NCBI GenBank assembly: GCA_937625935.1
Contig: OW569377.1
Span: 124,001 to 188,000, forward strand
DNA length: 64,000 nucleotides
Origin: Tetramitus jugosus
Lineage: Eukaryota > Protista > Heterolobosea
Direction: 5' to 3'
Below the pieces are notes generated by a model, which saw only the letters and a program-made list of their open reading frames with translations, was not told where the DNA came from and did not search any database. Within the stretch, counting starts at the first letter, position 1. Each line of letters starts with the position of its first letter. Below are positions 62,012-64,000 of this stretch, piece after piece. The position numbers and the translations under genes are program-made.

Positions 62012-62151
62012 TGTCACGAACGGTTCGTGAGGACCGATAGGGTCGTAGACCTCCAATCTGCTCGAATCACATTTTACGATCGGGTTGCTCGATGCCCGAT
62101 TGCAAATTCCATATCGAGTTACTTCCATTTCTGCTCTACCGGTTCGGGACA
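62012..62151 (+). repeat. Right 140-bp direct terminal repeat
   Basis: Identical by eye to 41733-41872. Confidence 0.97.
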
Positions 62152-62156
62152 ACAGG
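62152..62156 (+). repeat. Target-site duplication, right (ACAGG)
   Basis: Matches 41728-41732. Confidence 0.95.
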
Positions 62157-64000
62157 TAGTGGAAAGACTTTCACAATCAGTGGAGAAGGTATGTATTTTG
62201 TTACTGAAAGAGTTTAGAATTCATTCTAATACCCTATACAGACTCAGATAGACAATTGAGAGGAATTTTGCCTCGATGTGGAGAGTATCTCTTCAAACAG
62301 ATTCAACATCTCTCAAGAGAGTCTAATCACCAATCATTTCATTGCAAATACAAAGTTAGAGTTTCCTATCTCGAGATTTGGAACGAGCATATTAATGATT
62401 TGCTCAACTTGGAGTCTACCAATTTACCTGTTCGATGGAGCAATCAAGAGGGCTTCTTTGTAGAGAATTTATATGTAATTCAGTGCGAAGATATAGAGGA
62501 CTACATGGTTATTTTGAATGAGGGAGTATCGAATCGAAGAGTAGCCTCTCATGACTTAAATGTAGATAGTAGTAGATCTCACAGTATTTTCACAGTTTAT
62601 ATCGATATCGAATACACGGACGATAGTGAAATGGTTGTAGCAAAGAAGGGAAAAATTCAGATTGTTGATTTGGCGGGCAGTGAGAGGCTGAAGGAGTCGA
62701 ATAGTAGTGGGGGAACAGCCGTGGAGACAGGTCATATCAACAAGAGTTTATTGACGCTGGGAAAGGTGATTAATGTGTTGAGTGATCCGAGAAAGACGGG
62801 AGACAATAGTTATGTTCCATACAGAGACTCTAAGCTCACAATGTTATTGATGGATAGCATCGGAGGATCTAGCAAAACTGTTATGATTGCTTGCGTAACA
62901 CCGAGTGTTTTGTATACCGAGGAAACTTATAATACTCTGCTATATGCCAAGAGAGTGAAGAATATTAAGAACAAACCAATCATCAACATTGATCCTCATG
63001 AAGCCTATGTACTGGAGCTGAAGGGTCAAATAAAATCATTGCAAGAGGAGTTAGCACATATGAGAACATCTGTTGCTTCTTCCTCTGAGACACAGTATAA
63101 CACATGGAGGAACCATGAGGAACGAACAGAGGCGCCACCAAGTTATATTGAATCGATACAAAACGATAGAGTGCCACCACTAACGTAAGTATACCTCTAA
63201 AGTGAATTGGAACCACACTCTTCTAACTCTGGCCATTCTTTCAGGATCACACGGACTCAGGATGAAGGATTGAGACTTCCCCCAATAGGAAAGAAAACTT
63301 ACTATCCAGAGCTGAGTAGCCCTCTACCCAGAGAGATTGATGTTCAAACTGACCGGAGGAAAGCTCGTATGTACGGGAAAATGGGAGAGACATACTGTCA
63401 TGATTCACTGGAGAGAGAACCATTTCCAGTACTAAAACACTCAACACACTCAACACACACCGATCCTCAGTATATGGACTTTTTAACTGTCAAGATGAGA
63501 ATGGAGGAAGAGATTCAGAACCTTCGGAACACTGTACATATTCACAAATCAAAGGGATACAATAGTGATGATTCTAGATTTTCGAGTGCAAGATCTTCAA
63601 GATCACACGTATCATACCCGGGAAGTGAATCCAACGGTGAAGTGAAACATGAAGAACAAATGAAAAAGGAATTATTGATGCTTAGAAATGAGAATTTAAC
63701 ACTGCGGAGATTGTGTCATGAGCAAGGGATCGCCATTCCATCTGACCTAACCCTCATTGTTGATTCCGATGTGAAACCAGTGAGTCAACCAGCAGAGAAA
63801 TGCAATGACCACCAACAACAATCTGATATCGCCTCTGCAAGGAAGAAACCAGAGAGACCAAGACCGAGGAAACAACCTGAACTACAACCGTTTGGAGGAA
63901 TTAATCAGTTAGGAAGAATGACATCGGGCGGGGAAGAAACCAACTTGGAAAAGCACATTGCACCCCAATCGCTCCGACAACCTCAATCTCTACGCCATGA
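62157..64000 (+). CDS. Kinesin gene, 3' part (possibly KIF12/kinesin-16-like); introns 62189-62241 and 63185-63244; 3' end not resolved
   Basis: SGKTFTI, VSYLEIWNE, SSRSH, IVDLAGSER, INKSLLTLG, VPYRDSKLT; GTATGT/GTAAGT donors and CTAAY..CAG acceptors. Confidence 0.9.

Larger units (their letters stand above)
41733..62151. mobile_element. Endogenous Polinton-like/virophage-like DNA virus, 20,419 bp, with LTR-like direct terminal repeats
   Basis: 140-bp identical direct repeats, 5-bp TSD, rve integrase, MCP, penton, A32 ATPase, PrimPol, SF3 helicase, HUH nuclease; intronless, compact and more AT-rich than the host. Confidence 0.93.

Noticed and set aside
41733-62151. LTR retrotransposon or endogenous retrovirus
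   Set aside because: No RT, RNase H, gag or protease; no TGG-type primer-binding site after the left repeat and no polypurine tract before the right repeat; genes lie on both strands and encode DNA-virus capsid and replication proteins
41733-62151. Canonical Polinton/Maverick
   Set aside because: No pPolB, no cysteine protease, no long TIRs, and a 5-bp rather than 6-bp TSD

Overview
Gene-dense, intron-poor protist genomic DNA. The gene set (RWP-RK factors, Cache-domain class III cyclase, hemerythrin fusion, short GTATGT/GTAAGT..CTAAY..YAG introns) suggests Heterolobosea/Discoba; this assignment is inference. Positions 1-41.7 kb hold ordinary host genes: NSUN5, a divergent cysK/cysE pair, an M3 peptidase, NagA, saccharopine dehydrogenase, glucosidase II alpha, RPL3, mitochondrial EF-G, an SR splicing factor and a tRNA-Sec. 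The main discovery is a 20,419-bp AT-rich endogenous DNA virus at 41733-62151, inserted in the P-loop codons (GQTG|SGKT) of a kinesin gene. It encodes Polinton-like/virophage-like structural genes (double-jelly-roll MCP, penton, A32-type ATPase, fibre), an rve integrase, a PrimPol-type primase, an SF3 helicase and a stand-alone HUH (Rep-like) endonuclease. I could not recognise a pPolB, reverse transcriptase or protease. Instead of the TIRs typical of Polintons it is bounded by two identical 140-bp LTR-like direct repeats (TG...CA) and a 5-bp target-site duplication (ACAGG). Its replication genes sit between internal 150-bp inverted repeats, and many of its genes end in palindromic hairpins. 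All protein calls come from motif recognition by eye; no database searches were run.
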